Source of the DNA: Fimbriimonadales bacterium
GTDB taxonomy: Bacteria; Armatimonadota; Fimbriimonadia; Fimbriimonadales; ATM1
Direction of reading: 5' to 3'
Length of the DNA: 64,000 nucleotides
NCBI GenBank assembly: GCA_051003155.1
Contig: JBPCLO010000013.1
Coordinates: forward strand, 93,634 to 157,633
Positions 9,847 to 20,060 of the stretch are shown here, in pieces. The position numbers and the translations under genes were made by a program. Every line of letters starts with the position of its first letter. Within the stretch, counting starts at the first letter, position 1. The notes under the pieces were generated by a model. That model saw only the letters and a program-made list of their open reading frames with translations. It was not told the origin of the DNA and ran no database searches.

Positions 9847-11043
9847 CTACCTTAAAGGCAATTCGGTAAGCGTCTTCGTCGACGTCGGCTCAATCCAAAC
9901 GCCGTCTTCCTTCAGCAGCTTCACCAGCTCCTCCACGCCATGCTCCTGCGGAACGCTCGCTTTCACCACCTCGTGGCCACGGTAGAGAGCGATCACTCCG
10001 CCGGCTTTGCCCACGTATCCGTAATCCGCGTCCGCCATCTCGCCCGGGCCGTTCACGATGCAGCCCATCACGGCGATATCGAGGCCGCTGAGGTGGCCGG
10101 TCGCCTCTTTCACCTTGCGGAAAACGCTCGGCAGGTCGAACTTCGTGCGGCCACAAGAGGGGCAGGCGATGAACTCGGTTTTCGTGCGCCGCAGCCCCAA
10201 CGCCTGGAGAATGTCATAGCAGACGGGAATTTCGTTCAGCGGGTCTTCAGCCAGTGATACCCGTATCGTGTCGCCGATTCCTTCCGCCAGCAGAGTTCCG
10301 ATGCCTGCAGTCGACTTTATGCGCGCGTATTCCCCATCCCCGGCCTCCGTCACTCCGAGGTGAAGAGGGTAATCGCACCGCTCGGCAATCATGCGGTTCG
10401 CGGCCAGCATGACCGGGACGCGGGAAGCCTTGAGGGACAGAACGATGTTGCGGAAATCGTGCCTTTCGCAGATTCGCACGTATTCCAGGGCGCTCTCGAC
10501 CATTCCCTCGGGGGTATCTCCGTGAGTTACGAGCATCCTTTCGGCCAGCGAGCCGTGATTGACGCCGATCCGCATGGCGATATTCCGGGCCTTGCAGGCT
10601 TCGATCACGGGCGTCAAGTCTTCCTCGATCGCCGCGAGTTCTTCCGCGTGCTCCTCGGGAGAGTAGTCCTCGGTGCGCTGAACCCGCTTGCGGAAAACGA
10701 AAAGCCCCGGGTTGATGCGGACTTTGTCGACGTGCTTGGCAACCTCGACGGCAATCGGCGATCCCTGGTGGTGTACATCCGCGACTAAAGGCACCGGGCC
10801 TTCTCGCTCCGTGACTTTCGCCTTGATTTCCTCCAAGCACTGCGCTTCGACAAATGTCGGCGTGGTGACCCGCACGATTTCGCATCCGGCTCTATGGAGA
10901 GCCACGATCTGCTCGACGCAGGCATCCACGTTGCGCGTCTCTTCGGTGATCATGCTCTGCACGACTATGGGAGCGCCACCGCCGATGGTGATGTTGCCGA
11001 CTTGAACGGGTCGGCTGTTGCGCTTCGCGAAAGTTGGATGCAT
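9847..11043 (-). CDS. ispG: HMBPP synthase
   Basis: [44 protein letters not shown]. Confidence 0.97.
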   Translation of the reverse strand: MHPTFAKRNSRPVQVGNITIGGGAPIVVQSMITEETRNVDACVEQIVALHRAGCEIVRVTTPTFVEAQCLEEIKAKVTEREGPVPLVADVHHQGSPIAVEVAKHVDKVRINPGLFVFRKRVQRTEDYSPEEHAEELAAIEEDLTPVIEACKARNIAMRIGVNHGSLAERMLVTHGDTPEGMVESALEYVRICERHDFRNIVLSLKASRVPVMLAANRMIAERCDYPLHLGVTEAGDGEYARIKSTAGIGTLLAEGIGDTIRVSLAEDPLNEIPVCYDILQALGLRRTKTEFIACPSCGRTKFDLPSVFRKVKEATGHLSGLDIAVMGCIVNGPGEMADADYGYVGKAGGVIALYRGHEVVKASVPQEHGVEELVKLLKEDGVWIEPTSTKTLTELPLR

Positions 11044-11055
11044 CTGATGACGAGT

Positions 11056-11688
11056 TTACTTGTTCGCGGCAGTTTCCTTCGCCGCTTCATCAATACCGTA
11101 AACCAGGATGCTCAGCTCGCCTATTGGGAAACCCTTGTCTATCAACATCCTTGCGCGGCCAACAACCGTTAGGACGCCTTCGTTCCCTGGAGCGCCGATA
11201 TTTACAACCACCCGAACAGCGTCGTCCTTCTCCCACGAGTAAGCGGCGGCGTACTTGCTCTCGGCGTTCTCGGCGGGCTCACCGAACCGGTCCAGTTCGC
11301 GGGAAATCTCGCCATCGCGCTTGTTGATGTCGAGCCCCTTGTGCATCAGCACGAACCACGCGAGCTTTCCTTCGGTTCCAACGGCCTCGAAGAGCATCTC
11401 GTCGTTCTCCCACGCCCAAGTTTCAGCATTTTCCGATAGACCGGGAACGCCCTCCGCCCCACCGGGCCGCGGGAAAGCCTTTTTGGCGTCTGCGATCGTC
11501 CCGCCGAGCGAAAGTCGCCCCCCAGGACCGTCCACCTGCAGAAGGCCGAGCGGCTTGGTTATCGTAACCGAGGTTTTGTCGGGCTGGATGGCCGGCGGTT
11601 GTGTCGGTCCGCACCCCAGGCAGCTACCCAGCGCAACGGGGATGAATGCAATGAACGGCCCGCATAAGCGAGCCGTTCTGGGTCTCAT
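11056..11688 (-). CDS. Hypothetical lipoprotein
   Basis: Hydrophobic leader ending LGC; fills gap in the minus-strand run. Confidence 0.55.
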   Translation of the reverse strand: MRPRTARLCGPFIAFIPVALGSCLGCGPTQPPAIQPDKTSVTITKPLGLLQVDGPGGRLSLGGTIADAKKAFPRPGGAEGVPGLSENAETWAWENDEMLFEAVGTEGKLAWFVLMHKGLDINKRDGEISRELDRFGEPAENAESKYAAAYSWEKDDAVRVVVNIGAPGNEGVLTVVGRARMLIDKGFPIGELSILVYGIDEAAKETAANK

Positions 11689-11740
11689 GCCTGTCTGCAC
11701 AATCAGAGATCCATCCTTAAGATAACACAACATCCGAGGT

Positions 11741-12319
11741 TTAAAACGAGTTTTTGCCGATTTTCGCATTGCGACTTAGTGATCGGCTCGCTTCGTCGCA
11801 AAATCGCCAGTTCCTATCTGCTGCCTTTGTGATGCCGATCCGTGGCGAGGAGACGACTTTCGACGGCTTCCGCTCGTGCCCTAGTATGATGCGCTTTCCG
11901 AGTTTCGTGCCGCTAAAATCGCCTGTGGCCCCCAACGCGCGGGCCAGATTACCGGGGCCGGAGCATAGGCGCTCGTCGCAGATATTCGGCCGTCGCTGCC
12001 TCATGGAGACGATTCCTCGAAGAGGCTCCAAAGCCCGAATAAGCACTGCTTCACCCCGTCCTTCAGGCCCGGTTACCAGATTCATGCACCAATGGACGCC
12101 ATAGCTTCGGTATATATAAACGTGGCCGCCGGCGAGAAACATCGGATGATTCCTGCCCCTGGGCCCGCCGTAGCAGTGGCTGGCGGGGTCATCTTCCATG
12201 TACGCCTCCACCTCTACGATTCTCCCGCCGACGTCATCCACGTACAGCCCCATACCCAGGATAAGAGGCGCCGCTTCGATTGCGGGCAACACGAGAATTC
12301 GGCAAATGGCGTCATCCAT
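11741..12319 (-). CDS. mpg: DNA-3-methyladenine glycosylase (MPG/AAG family)
   Basis: GRIVEVEAY, YIYRSYGVHWCMNLV, AVLIRALEP, SGPGNL, PRIGI. Confidence 0.92.
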   Translation of the reverse strand: MDDAICRILVLPAIEAAPLILGMGLYVDDVGGRIVEVEAYMEDDPASHCYGGPRGRNHPMFLAGGHVYIYRSYGVHWCMNLVTGPEGRGEAVLIRALEPLRGIVSMRQRRPNICDERLCSGPGNLARALGATGDFSGTKLGKRIILGHERKPSKVVSSPRIGITKAADRNWRFCDEASRSLSRNAKIGKNSF

Positions 12320-12363
12320 GCTTCTCCCAATCGTAACTTCAAGCGTAACGAGGCGTCAAGTCA

Positions 12364-13014
12364 ATGACACGCAAAGAGAAGGATAAATCGCAAATGGAAG
12401 CAGCAGCATATTCATCAGCGCGTACAGATTGGGTAGCCACGGAGGACGAAGCCTTGATCCTGGCTGCGAAGAACGGTGAATACAACGCTTTCGAACGATT
12501 GTATGAGAAGCATCGCAACACCGTATACCGCTTCGTTTATCAGATTACCCGCCGCACGGAAGAGGCCGAAGATATCACTCAGGAAGCTTTCGTCCGTGCG
12601 TTTCAAAACCTGTACAAATTCCGCAAGCAGGCTAAGTTCACGACTTGGATCCTGCGGATCGCGACGAATTTATGTACTGACCGTGCCCGCATGAGCACAC
12701 GCCGAATGGCGCTGGAGCAGCAGGAAGCGGCGGGTGCGCTCGAATGGATGACGGTGGGCACACCGGTGAATCCAGTGGAAGAACTCGAAGGAGACCGACG
12801 GGCCAAGCTGGTTCGAAAAGCCCTCGCGGCGCTGCCCGAGCACCACAGGAACGTATTGATTTGGCGCGATTTCGAACAGCGGGAGTATGCAGAGATTTCA
12901 GAGATTTTGGGGTGCTCGACGGGCGGAGCCAAACTTCGCGTGTTGAGAGCGAGGCGTGCGTTGAGAGACCGCCTGTCGCCACTCCTTGAAGGTGGACCAA
13001 ACGATGAGTTGTAA
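12364..13014 (+). CDS. ECF RNA polymerase sigma-70 factor
   Basis: AEDITQEAFVRAF, FTTWILRIATN (region 2); YAEISEILGCS..K.RVLRAR (region 4). Confidence 0.92.
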   Translation: MTRKEKDKSQMEAAAYSSARTDWVATEDEALILAAKNGEYNAFERLYEKHRNTVYRFVYQITRRTEEAEDITQEAFVRAFQNLYKFRKQAKFTTWILRIATNLCTDRARMSTRRMALEQQEAAGALEWMTVGTPVNPVEELEGDRRAKLVRKALAALPEHHRNVLIWRDFEQREYAEISEILGCSTGGAKLRVLRARRALRDRLSPLLEGGPNDEL

Positions 13015-13711
13015 GAGATTTGAACAAGAATTGATCGAGTTCGCCTTTGGCGAGGCCGAACCGAGTAGTGAGCTTCGGGACCACATGACGGACTGCGAGA
13101 CTTGTGCGCACGAGTTAGCCGTGTATCGCACCTCCGCGACGGTGCTGCGCGCCCTCCCTGCCGCGCCAGAACCTGCCCTCAGCAGTGACCGCTTAAGGCA
13201 GGCGATCCTGTCCAGGGAACTCAGGCCCGGTAGGCCGGCATGGGTCGCACGGTTCGGATTTGCCGGAGCGGTCGCGGCCGCGGGGCTAAGTCTATGGATT
13301 GCCGTGGGTCGTGGCCCTTCCGATTTTGACGCGCCTTCGAGCGGCCATGTCGCCGTAGCGCCTGTAGACGAGGCCGCAGACGTTGGGACGGGGCCTATAA
13401 TCATCCCCGAAGCAACACCAAAGCTCGAGGTCACCCCGCCTCGTACCATCGATAATCTGGTCGGCGGCGGCGAGCCTAAAAAAGCGTCCAGACCGGCCGC
13501 CAGGCACGGAAGACGAATTCGTTCGGTGGAGCGAGAACCAAGAATGGAAGAGCTAATGGCCGTCGCGACTGGCGGGCTCGAATCCGCCGTGGACATGAGC
13601 GAAGCGCCCGCCTCCGTCACACCGAGCTCGGCATCCGAAGTCATCGTTATCCAACCCGCCGCAGGTGAGGCGATCGAGAGGCCATCCAATGATGTTTCTA
13701 TCGGCGGCTAG
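13004..13711 (+). CDS. Membrane anti-sigma factor, zinc-finger (HxxxCxxC) type
   Basis: HMTDCETC, one TM helix, overlaps the sigma gene. Confidence 0.8.
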   Translation: MSCKRFEQELIEFAFGEAEPSSELRDHMTDCETCAHELAVYRTSATVLRALPAAPEPALSSDRLRQAILSRELRPGRPAWVARFGFAGAVAAAGLSLWIAVGRGPSDFDAPSSGHVAVAPVDEAADVGTGPIIIPEATPKLEVTPPRTIDNLVGGGEPKKASRPAARHGRRIRSVEREPRMEELMAVATGGLESAVDMSEAPASVTPSSASEVIVIQPAAGEAIERPSNDVSIGG

Positions 13712-14738
13712 CATCGCTGTGACCCTTGTCGCAGCCGGCCAGGATGGGCTAACTACAGCTCCCTTGCGCGCCGACCTTCGCCAAGTGGCAGCGCGGCGCA
13801 CCCTGACCCTGAGCCAAGGTGGAGTTGTCGTGGGCCAGGGCGTGCTGATTTCGTCTACGGGCCTGGCGATCGCTCCCGGAGAGGCAGCCTTCGGCTACAA
13901 CGGCGCCCCTCGCCGGTCGCTCTCCGCCAGCCAGGTGGGCAAGCGGGACATGGCGGTCAAGGTCGAATCGTACGACGCTGTGACCGACCTTGCCTTGATC
14001 CGAGTGCCTGGGCTTGCCGGCGGCGACGCGAAATTCGCCCAACTCGCATCGCGATTCGATTCATCGGTCGTGATGGTCGCGCTTCACTCCGGTCCTGCGA
14101 GGGCCCAAATGGCACGCCGAGGTCTGACGGGGGTTGTCGGCCTAGGCAAACGATATATGCCACTGAACGAGATACGCCTGGAGGCCGGGGCGACCGCGCT
14201 CACAGGCTCACCGGTCTTCTCGGCGGATGGAAAATTGGTCGGAATACTCATGGCGCAGTTGAACGACGAGATCGGAACGCGCGACATGCCAGAGGCAGAA
14301 GTCGCGCCGAAGGCGTTTGGCGGCAGCGCCGGCCCGGCTAGATCGTTCGGTCCGATGCCGTCGGCAACGGCGTTCTCACTAGACCTACCGGTTCTCGACC
14401 GTGTCATCGAAGGGTTCCTCAGCGAGAAGCATCAGGTGACGCACCCGTGGATAGGCCTGTTCTTCAAGACGTCTCCTTCGGGTGGCGCGGAAGTGACGCG
14501 GGTTATCGGCGAAAGCCCTGCCGAGGCTGCGGGAATCAAGGTTGGCGAAGTGATCACCTCGGCAGGTGCGCAATCTTTCGATTCGCATATCGACTTCGCC
14601 GCATACCTTTTCAGCCAGAAGGTCGGAGCGTCTTGCGACCTACAGATCCGCTGGGGCACGTCCGCACGAAAGGTCCGCGTCAAAATCGCCAAGGACACGG
14701 GTTCTGGGCACCAACTCCGCCGCGTTATCGAGGACTAA
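13689..14738 (+). CDS. HtrA/S1C-like trypsin fold + PDZ protein with degenerate catalytic site
   Basis: TDLALIRV, GSPVFSADGKLVGI, HPWIG..SPAEAAGIKVGEVI PDZ. Confidence 0.75.
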   Translation: MMFLSAASIAVTLVAAGQDGLTTAPLRADLRQVAARRTLTLSQGGVVVGQGVLISSTGLAIAPGEAAFGYNGAPRRSLSASQVGKRDMAVKVESYDAVTDLALIRVPGLAGGDAKFAQLASRFDSSVVMVALHSGPARAQMARRGLTGVVGLGKRYMPLNEIRLEAGATALTGSPVFSADGKLVGILMAQLNDEIGTRDMPEAEVAPKAFGGSAGPARSFGPMPSATAFSLDLPVLDRVIEGFLSEKHQVTHPWIGLFFKTSPSGGAEVTRVIGESPAEAAGIKVGEVITSAGAQSFDSHIDFAAYLFSQKVGASCDLQIRWGTSARKVRVKIAKDTGSGHQLRRVIED

Positions 14739-16458
14739 CGGACCGCAACGCCTTCAACTCGAGTTTCGGGGCCATGGTGCCGTTGTACCGATTGACGGTC
14801 GCCTTGAAGAGCAGGTCGACGCTGTCACCCTCTTGGAGACCGCCGAATTGTTGGCCCATGCCAAACGCAATGCCCCTAACTTGCTTGCCGCACTCGATTG
14901 CGAATTGCACGTGTTCCTGTGTTCGAGTCGGTTTGACCATCGACAGAGCGCAGTCCTTCAAGATGAAAGCGGGCTCTGGATTCATTTGTCCGAACGGCGC
15001 CATCCGCTCAAGCCCCAAAAATCCTTGCAGGTCTATCTCGGTGGTCTCTATTACTCCGTCTGCGCTGTACGTGGGAACCAAATCGTCACTGGACAAGATG
15101 CCTGCCGCGTATTCCTCGAGTTTTGAACGCACTTCATCCAGCCGACCCGCATCGATGGCGAACCCGGCCGCAAATGCATGGCCGCCGCAGGAAAGGAAAA
15201 GGTCTTCGTGCTTTTGGAGCGCCCTGTGCATATGGAAAGTCGGAATGCTTCTCGCCGAACCTCGAACGGTCCCGGTCTCTTCATCGATGCACCCGACCAG
15301 CGCGGGTCGGTAGTAGCGCTCGACAAGCTTTCCAGCAACGATGCCGACTACCCCGGGGTGCCATCCTGGCGCAGCGACCATGATAAGCGATCGCTTATCC
15401 AACCCGTTCTCGAGAATGATCTCTTCCGCTTGCGCCAGTATTCGCTCATGTTCGAGTTTTCGCTCTACATTGTGTGTATTGAGCCGCTGCGCCAGCTTTG
15501 CCGCCTCGATCGGGTCTTCGGTCATTAGAAGATCGAGCGAGTGGGCCGCGTCGTCGATCCGGCCTGCTGCGTTCAGCCGAGGGCCCAGCTTCCACCCCAC
15601 GTCGCCCTCATTGACCGCTCTACCTGCGATTTGAGCAACGTCGAGGAGCGCGCGAATGCCAACTTTCTTAGTTACCGTCAGGGCTTCTAAGCCATGCGAC
15701 GCTAGAATCCGATTCTCGCCGACCAACGGCACGACATCGGCGATCGTGCCGAGACATACCAGGTCTAGGTAGGCCCGAACGAAGTGCTTGCGCTTGGCGC
15801 CGCATTCCTCCGCAACGGCTTGCGCAATTTTGAAGGCCACGCCCGCCCCGCAAAGTTCCTTGAAGGGGTAGGCGCTGTCGGGACGATGGGGATTGACAAG
15901 CGCATTCACGGTCGGAAGCTCGGTTCCAAGTTCATGGTGGTCGGTGACGACAACGCGCAGCCCAGCTTCGCGGGCCTTCGCCAACGACGAGATCGCGCCG
16001 CTCCCGCAGTCGCAAGTTACGAAGAGTTTTGCTCCGGCGTCAACGGCTGCTTGAACCGCCGTTTCGTGGATGCCGTAACCCTCCTTCATCCGATGGGGAA
16101 CATGAGGCACGACATTGAAACCCAGTTTGCGCAAGCTGCGTGTCCAGATCGCGGCGCTTGTAACTCCGTCCACATCGTAATCGCCGTGCACATAGATGAT
16201 CTCGCCGCGCTCCTTGGCCGACATGATCTCCCTTACGGCAGCTTCGGCATCGGGAAGCTCCAGAGGGTCGTGGAGGTCCTCGAGCGAAGGGTTGAGAAAT
16301 GCTTCCGCTGCCGCAGGGTCTTCGATCCCGCGCGCGACCAAGGCGGCGCAAGCGAGCGGCGGAATGCCCAGCTCTGTCGCCAACCTCTGTTCGGCGGCCC
16401 GCTGCCTAGCAGGAGCAATCCAGCGGGACTCGGTTGGGGGATCGGCGATCATCGACAT
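14725..16458 (-). CDS. recJ: Single-stranded-DNA-specific exonuclease
   Basis: HGDYDVDG, TDHH, PRLNAAGR, GSARS, GGHAFAAG. Confidence 0.96.
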   Translation of the reverse strand: MSMIADPPTESRWIAPARQRAAEQRLATELGIPPLACAALVARGIEDPAAAEAFLNPSLEDLHDPLELPDAEAAVREIMSAKERGEIIYVHGDYDVDGVTSAAIWTRSLRKLGFNVVPHVPHRMKEGYGIHETAVQAAVDAGAKLFVTCDCGSGAISSLAKAREAGLRVVVTDHHELGTELPTVNALVNPHRPDSAYPFKELCGAGVAFKIAQAVAEECGAKRKHFVRAYLDLVCLGTIADVVPLVGENRILASHGLEALTVTKKVGIRALLDVAQIAGRAVNEGDVGWKLGPRLNAAGRIDDAAHSLDLLMTEDPIEAAKLAQRLNTHNVERKLEHERILAQAEEIILENGLDKRSLIMVAAPGWHPGVVGIVAGKLVERYYRPALVGCIDEETGTVRGSARSIPTFHMHRALQKHEDLFLSCGGHAFAAGFAIDAGRLDEVRSKLEEYAAGILSSDDLVPTYSADGVIETTEIDLQGFLGLERMAPFGQMNPEPAFILKDCALSMVKPTRTQEHVQFAIECGKQVRGIAFGMGQQFGGLQEGDSVDLLFKATVNRYNGTMAPKLELKALRSVSPR

Positions 16459-16515
16459 CGATATAATAGCCGACGAACTGCCACCGAAGAAGTTTGCAGT
16501 GGTAGTCTCTAATTG

Positions 16516-16758
16516 GTGAAGACCGTTGCGATAACGGGCGAATATATCGGATTAGGCCAACTGCTCAAGTTCGCCGGATTGGTGGGAAGCGGCGGGGAAG
16601 GGCGTGAGCTCCTGGGAGCAGGGAAAGTATCCGTTAACGGGGCGACGGAAGGGAGAAGGGGGCGGAAGGTTCGCCACGGCGACGTCGTGGCCGTCCTAGA
16701 TCGCGAGCGGGTTCGCATCGAAGCTCCTAGCGCTCGTCGCCTTGACCAACCCGGTTGA
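16516..16758 (+). CDS. S4-domain RNA-binding protein (YaaA/YbcJ-like)
   Basis: EYIGLGQLLKFAGLVGSGGE..VNG..RRGRKVRHGD. Confidence 0.85.
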   Translation: MKTVAITGEYIGLGQLLKFAGLVGSGGEGRELLGAGKVSVNGATEGRRGRKVRHGDVVAVLDRERVRIEAPSARRLDQPG

Positions 16759-16987
16759 CCCTCGCACGCTGATCGTCGATGCGCAGGACCTGATCGGTTA
16801 CCAGGCCGCGCAGTTCTTCGACCTCGATCTGCAACCTGTCGATCCTTTCGGCAAGTCTCGAGTTGTGAGCTTGGTCTCCGTGGATGAGCGTGGCCATCTT
16901 CCGCTGGTGTGAAAGCATGATCGCAACAAGCGGCAAAACGACAACTAAACCGAATCCTGTAAACAGAGCAATGATATCGGGATCCAT
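16727..16987 (-). CDS. Small membrane protein with coiled coil (PspB-like topology)
   Basis: N-terminal TM, HQRKM, coiled-coil tail. Confidence 0.6.
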   Translation of the reverse strand: MDPDIIALFTGFGLVVVLPLVAIMLSHQRKMATLIHGDQAHNSRLAERIDRLQIEVEELRGLVTDQVLRIDDQRARVNRVGQGDER

Positions 16988-17047
16988 GCGACCATTGAGT
17001 GTACCGGGAGATGCTGGTTATGGTTGCAACCGAGTATTTCAGCCGAG

Positions 17048-18292
17048 TTATTTCAACGAGCGCAAGTACTCAGCCAATTCGCGAAGATCGACTTCCGCGA
17101 TTTTCGGAAAGGCAGGCATTCTGTCTCTCCCTTTCGACGGCGGGTCCTTGACGAGCGCCATAAACCAATTCGGATCCGACTTCCTTTTGCCGACGCCGCC
17201 GAGGTTGGGGCCGACTATCTGATCGCCCTCGTCGCCTACCTTGTGGCACTCAAAACACTCCTCCTTGAGAAAAATCGCCTTACCCCGGTTTGCCATCGCC
17301 GAATCGACCTCAGCAAATTCTTTGGCAGGCGCTTGCTCTTTCGGAAACATCGGTTCGCCGAATGGACTTTGAGCGGCAGTGCCGGCCAAAGCCATCGCGG
17401 CCAGCAAACCGAGAGACGCTGCGCCGAACAAGATCCTTGCTCCGGTCGATGGCCCTCCCGAATTTCGTCCGAAGAACGGAAGGGCGGCGAGGACACCTCC
17501 GATAAAGCCCGGAATCGCGATCGCGCCCAACCATCCTGCCGCCGGGTTCAAGCCCTGTGCGGCAATCAGCAGACTATGCATCGGATAGACGTACCACATC
17601 GGCTTTGTTGCGCCGAGCGCCAGGTCTTGCGGGGACGCAGCGGGACCAAGCGGGGCGGCGAGGACGGCGGCTAAAACGAGCGCGGTCGCCAACGGCAATA
17701 GAGCGAAAAACCACGCGGGTCGGAGGTCTCGCCTACTTCGAAACGCCCGGGCCCCAGAAAGTAGCGATACAATAAGCGCGAGGGGGAGAAATCGATGAAG
17801 CGCGTACCAGAAGCCGAGGGTTTCAGGTCCGACGCTGCCGCCGGAGAGGACCGCCTGACGAAGGTTCGGACCCACCGAAGGCACCCCGCCGGCGATCCCC
17901 GCTTCGACATTGACCGACCGGACGTCGTGCGCCGACAGCGGCAAAAAGTTACCCGTCATTTGCAGCGCAAGGATAAGGGCGAAAGCACCCAGGGAACTCC
18001 ACCAGAGCACCCGCGTTTGCCACCGATGCCACCCATACCAAAGCATGAGTACGAGCGTCAGCCCGAAAACAAGGATAAGCAAGGAACTGGCCCAATAGTG
18101 GGCAGAGGCGGCGAAGCTCCAGAATGCGTCGCCTCTAAGGGACGATATCGAGGCGTGCGCCTCGGAAAGCGTCGGCTTGTAACGAAAGACGAGTAGCACC
18201 CCCAGGACGACCTCAACAGCCGCGAGAATCCAACCCGAGACGAGAGCCGATGCTATGAGCCCGGTCTTTTCCGGGGCCGAATCCCGGTTCAT
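17048..18292 (-). CDS. Cytochrome b-like membrane protein fused to C-terminal c-type cytochrome
   Basis: HYWASS, TGNFLP, WYALH, KPMWY, CFECH, GPNL, RMPAF. Confidence 0.85.
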   Translation of the reverse strand: MNRDSAPEKTGLIASALVSGWILAAVEVVLGVLLVFRYKPTLSEAHASISSLRGDAFWSFAASAHYWASSLLILVFGLTLVLMLWYGWHRWQTRVLWWSSLGAFALILALQMTGNFLPLSAHDVRSVNVEAGIAGGVPSVGPNLRQAVLSGGSVGPETLGFWYALHRFLPLALIVSLLSGARAFRSRRDLRPAWFFALLPLATALVLAAVLAAPLGPAASPQDLALGATKPMWYVYPMHSLLIAAQGLNPAAGWLGAIAIPGFIGGVLAALPFFGRNSGGPSTGARILFGAASLGLLAAMALAGTAAQSPFGEPMFPKEQAPAKEFAEVDSAMANRGKAIFLKEECFECHKVGDEGDQIVGPNLGGVGKRKSDPNWFMALVKDPPSKGRDRMPAFPKIAEVDLRELAEYLRSLK

Positions 18293-19087
18293 TTAAAACG
18301 GTACCCACTGGCCCGTCGGAACGTTCCCTCGCTTCGCCACTTTCAATGCCGGGAGGGCGGACTTGAGAATCGCGATACTTCCGTCTGCCCGCAGGCCGAT
18401 TGTGCCCTGGGCGTTGTGCAACGGCTTCAGCCGCGAGATGTCGGATTTCGAATCTGAGAGGAAGGCTACTCTTGTAACGTATCGAGTTGTTCGATCAGCT
18501 TCGACATTGGAATTGTCGTAGCCGATAACGTAACCGTCACGGCGACCGAGCGGAATCGGGTTATAGCTGTTCACTACTCCGCCGCCGATCGTTTCCGCAA
18601 GCAAGATCGTGGCATCCTCGACTTCATATCGGCGGGCAGCCGACGCGGCGCAAAGCATTCCGTAACTGAGCGAGATCGTCTCACGCCCGCCGTCCTTAAC
18701 AGTTTGGCTTAGCAAAGTATCGCCATCTGGCGGATTTGCTGGGTTCGAAAATATCGCCGCGCGTTGGGCATAGTCGAATAACTGATTCGCCCAGGTGATC
18801 GGCAGCCCTTGCGCATCTTGAGCCCCGGGAAGGACCACAGCGGGCAACCCTTCGTTATTGGCGGCGCTGTAGAGGCCGATGGCCATGCCGATCGCTTGCA
18901 AGTTGGTTTGCGAGACCACGAAATCCCGGTTAGCCTTCCAGGGCCGGTAGAAAATGAAATAGGCCACAGTAAGAGCAACGGCGCCCGCGCCGAGCCAAAT
19001 CAGAAATTCTTTACGGGTGACGTAGTGGCGAAGGGCGCGCTCCGAGTCGCGTTCGCGCGTCTCGTCATCGAGAGCGCAGAAGATCAC
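18293..19087 (-). CDS. Membrane-anchored hypothetical protein, pilin/DUF1559-like N-region
   Basis: VTRKEFLIWL TM, then SQTNLQAIGMAIGLY..N.E.LP, typical of type IV pilin-like/DUF1559 proteins. Confidence 0.55.
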   Translation of the reverse strand: MIFCALDDETRERDSERALRHYVTRKEFLIWLGAGAVALTVAYFIFYRPWKANRDFVVSQTNLQAIGMAIGLYSAANNEGLPAVVLPGAQDAQGLPITWANQLFDYAQRAAIFSNPANPPDGDTLLSQTVKDGGRETISLSYGMLCAASAARRYEVEDATILLAETIGGGVVNSYNPIPLGRRDGYVIGYDNSNVEADRTTRYVTRVAFLSDSKSDISRLKPLHNAQGTIGLRADGSIAILKSALPALKVAKRGNVPTGQWVPF

Positions 19088-20043
19088 CGAAGCGAGTACG
19101 CTGTCGGAGGATCGGTGGCGTCACGCAGGCCACATTGAACCAATTTCTCAGGAACCTGTTCGGTTAAGGGCTGCAGTTCCGTGCCGGGCCCTTCGGAAAC
19201 CGGATAGATACCGTGCTTGATCCTCGAGGGCGGGACTTCCGGCCCGAACTTGCCCAGAGACGCGAATTCGTCCGCAGAGATTCCGCCGCCGACGACCTTC
19301 ATCGCCAAGTTGGCCAGCCTGAATACGCTCACCTTCTGGCTAGGTGAGGTTACTTTCTCCTTGAACGCGACCATGAATTCTTGCTGTCGGCGGCCTCGTT
19401 CGAAGTCGCTGTCATGGCGGTAACGCAAGAATCCGATCGCCGTCTCGCCACTTAACTTTTGTCTTCCTGGCTTGAGGTTGATATCTAAACCGCCGCGCTT
19501 GTCTCGATATTTCATGCGCATAGGAACGTACATCTCCACGCCGCCGACCTCGTCGATCATCTTCTTGATAGCGTCGTAATTCAGCACGACAACCCTATCG
19601 GGGCGGATGCCCGTTAGCATCATTACTGCCTCGCTGGTTGCATTCGGGCCGCCGATCGGATGAAGACCGTTGATTTTCATTCGATCGTATCCGGGAACTT
19701 CCACCATCGTGTCTCTCGGGATCTGCATCATCCCCACGGCCTTGTGATCAAAGTCCAGGCGGATGAGTTGGATCGTGTCGGTCCGAGCGAATTCATTGAG
19801 CACCTGGCCCGTCTTGTTTGAGCCGGGGACGGCGTAATAACGATTCTCGTCGCACCCGAGGACCAAGACGAACAGTTCGCGACGCCCCTCGAAGGGGTCC
19901 GGACTATAGAATGGTACATATCCTCGCTGCACAACAGTGGCCCAAACCAAGGGGTTCTGTTCCATGACGGCTACGGCGACGCCGATACCCAGGGCGAGTG
20001 CGCACAGGCTCACGTATGCAATCCAACCGAAAACTGTCCTCAA
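19084..20043 (-). CDS. LCP (LytR-CpsA-Psr) family protein
   Basis: VLVLGCD, RTDTI, IPRDT, KIN, FLRYRH.SDFERGRRQQ. Confidence 0.92.
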   Translation of the reverse strand: MRTVFGWIAYVSLCALALGIGVAVAVMEQNPLVWATVVQRGYVPFYSPDPFEGRRELFVLVLGCDENRYYAVPGSNKTGQVLNEFARTDTIQLIRLDFDHKAVGMMQIPRDTMVEVPGYDRMKINGLHPIGGPNATSEAVMMLTGIRPDRVVVLNYDAIKKMIDEVGGVEMYVPMRMKYRDKRGGLDINLKPGRQKLSGETAIGFLRYRHDSDFERGRRQQEFMVAFKEKVTSPSQKVSVFRLANLAMKVVGGGISADEFASLGKFGPEVPPSRIKHGIYPVSEGPGTELQPLTEQVPEKLVQCGLRDATDPPTAYSLR

Positions 20044-20060
20044 ATATTTCTCCTAGCCAA

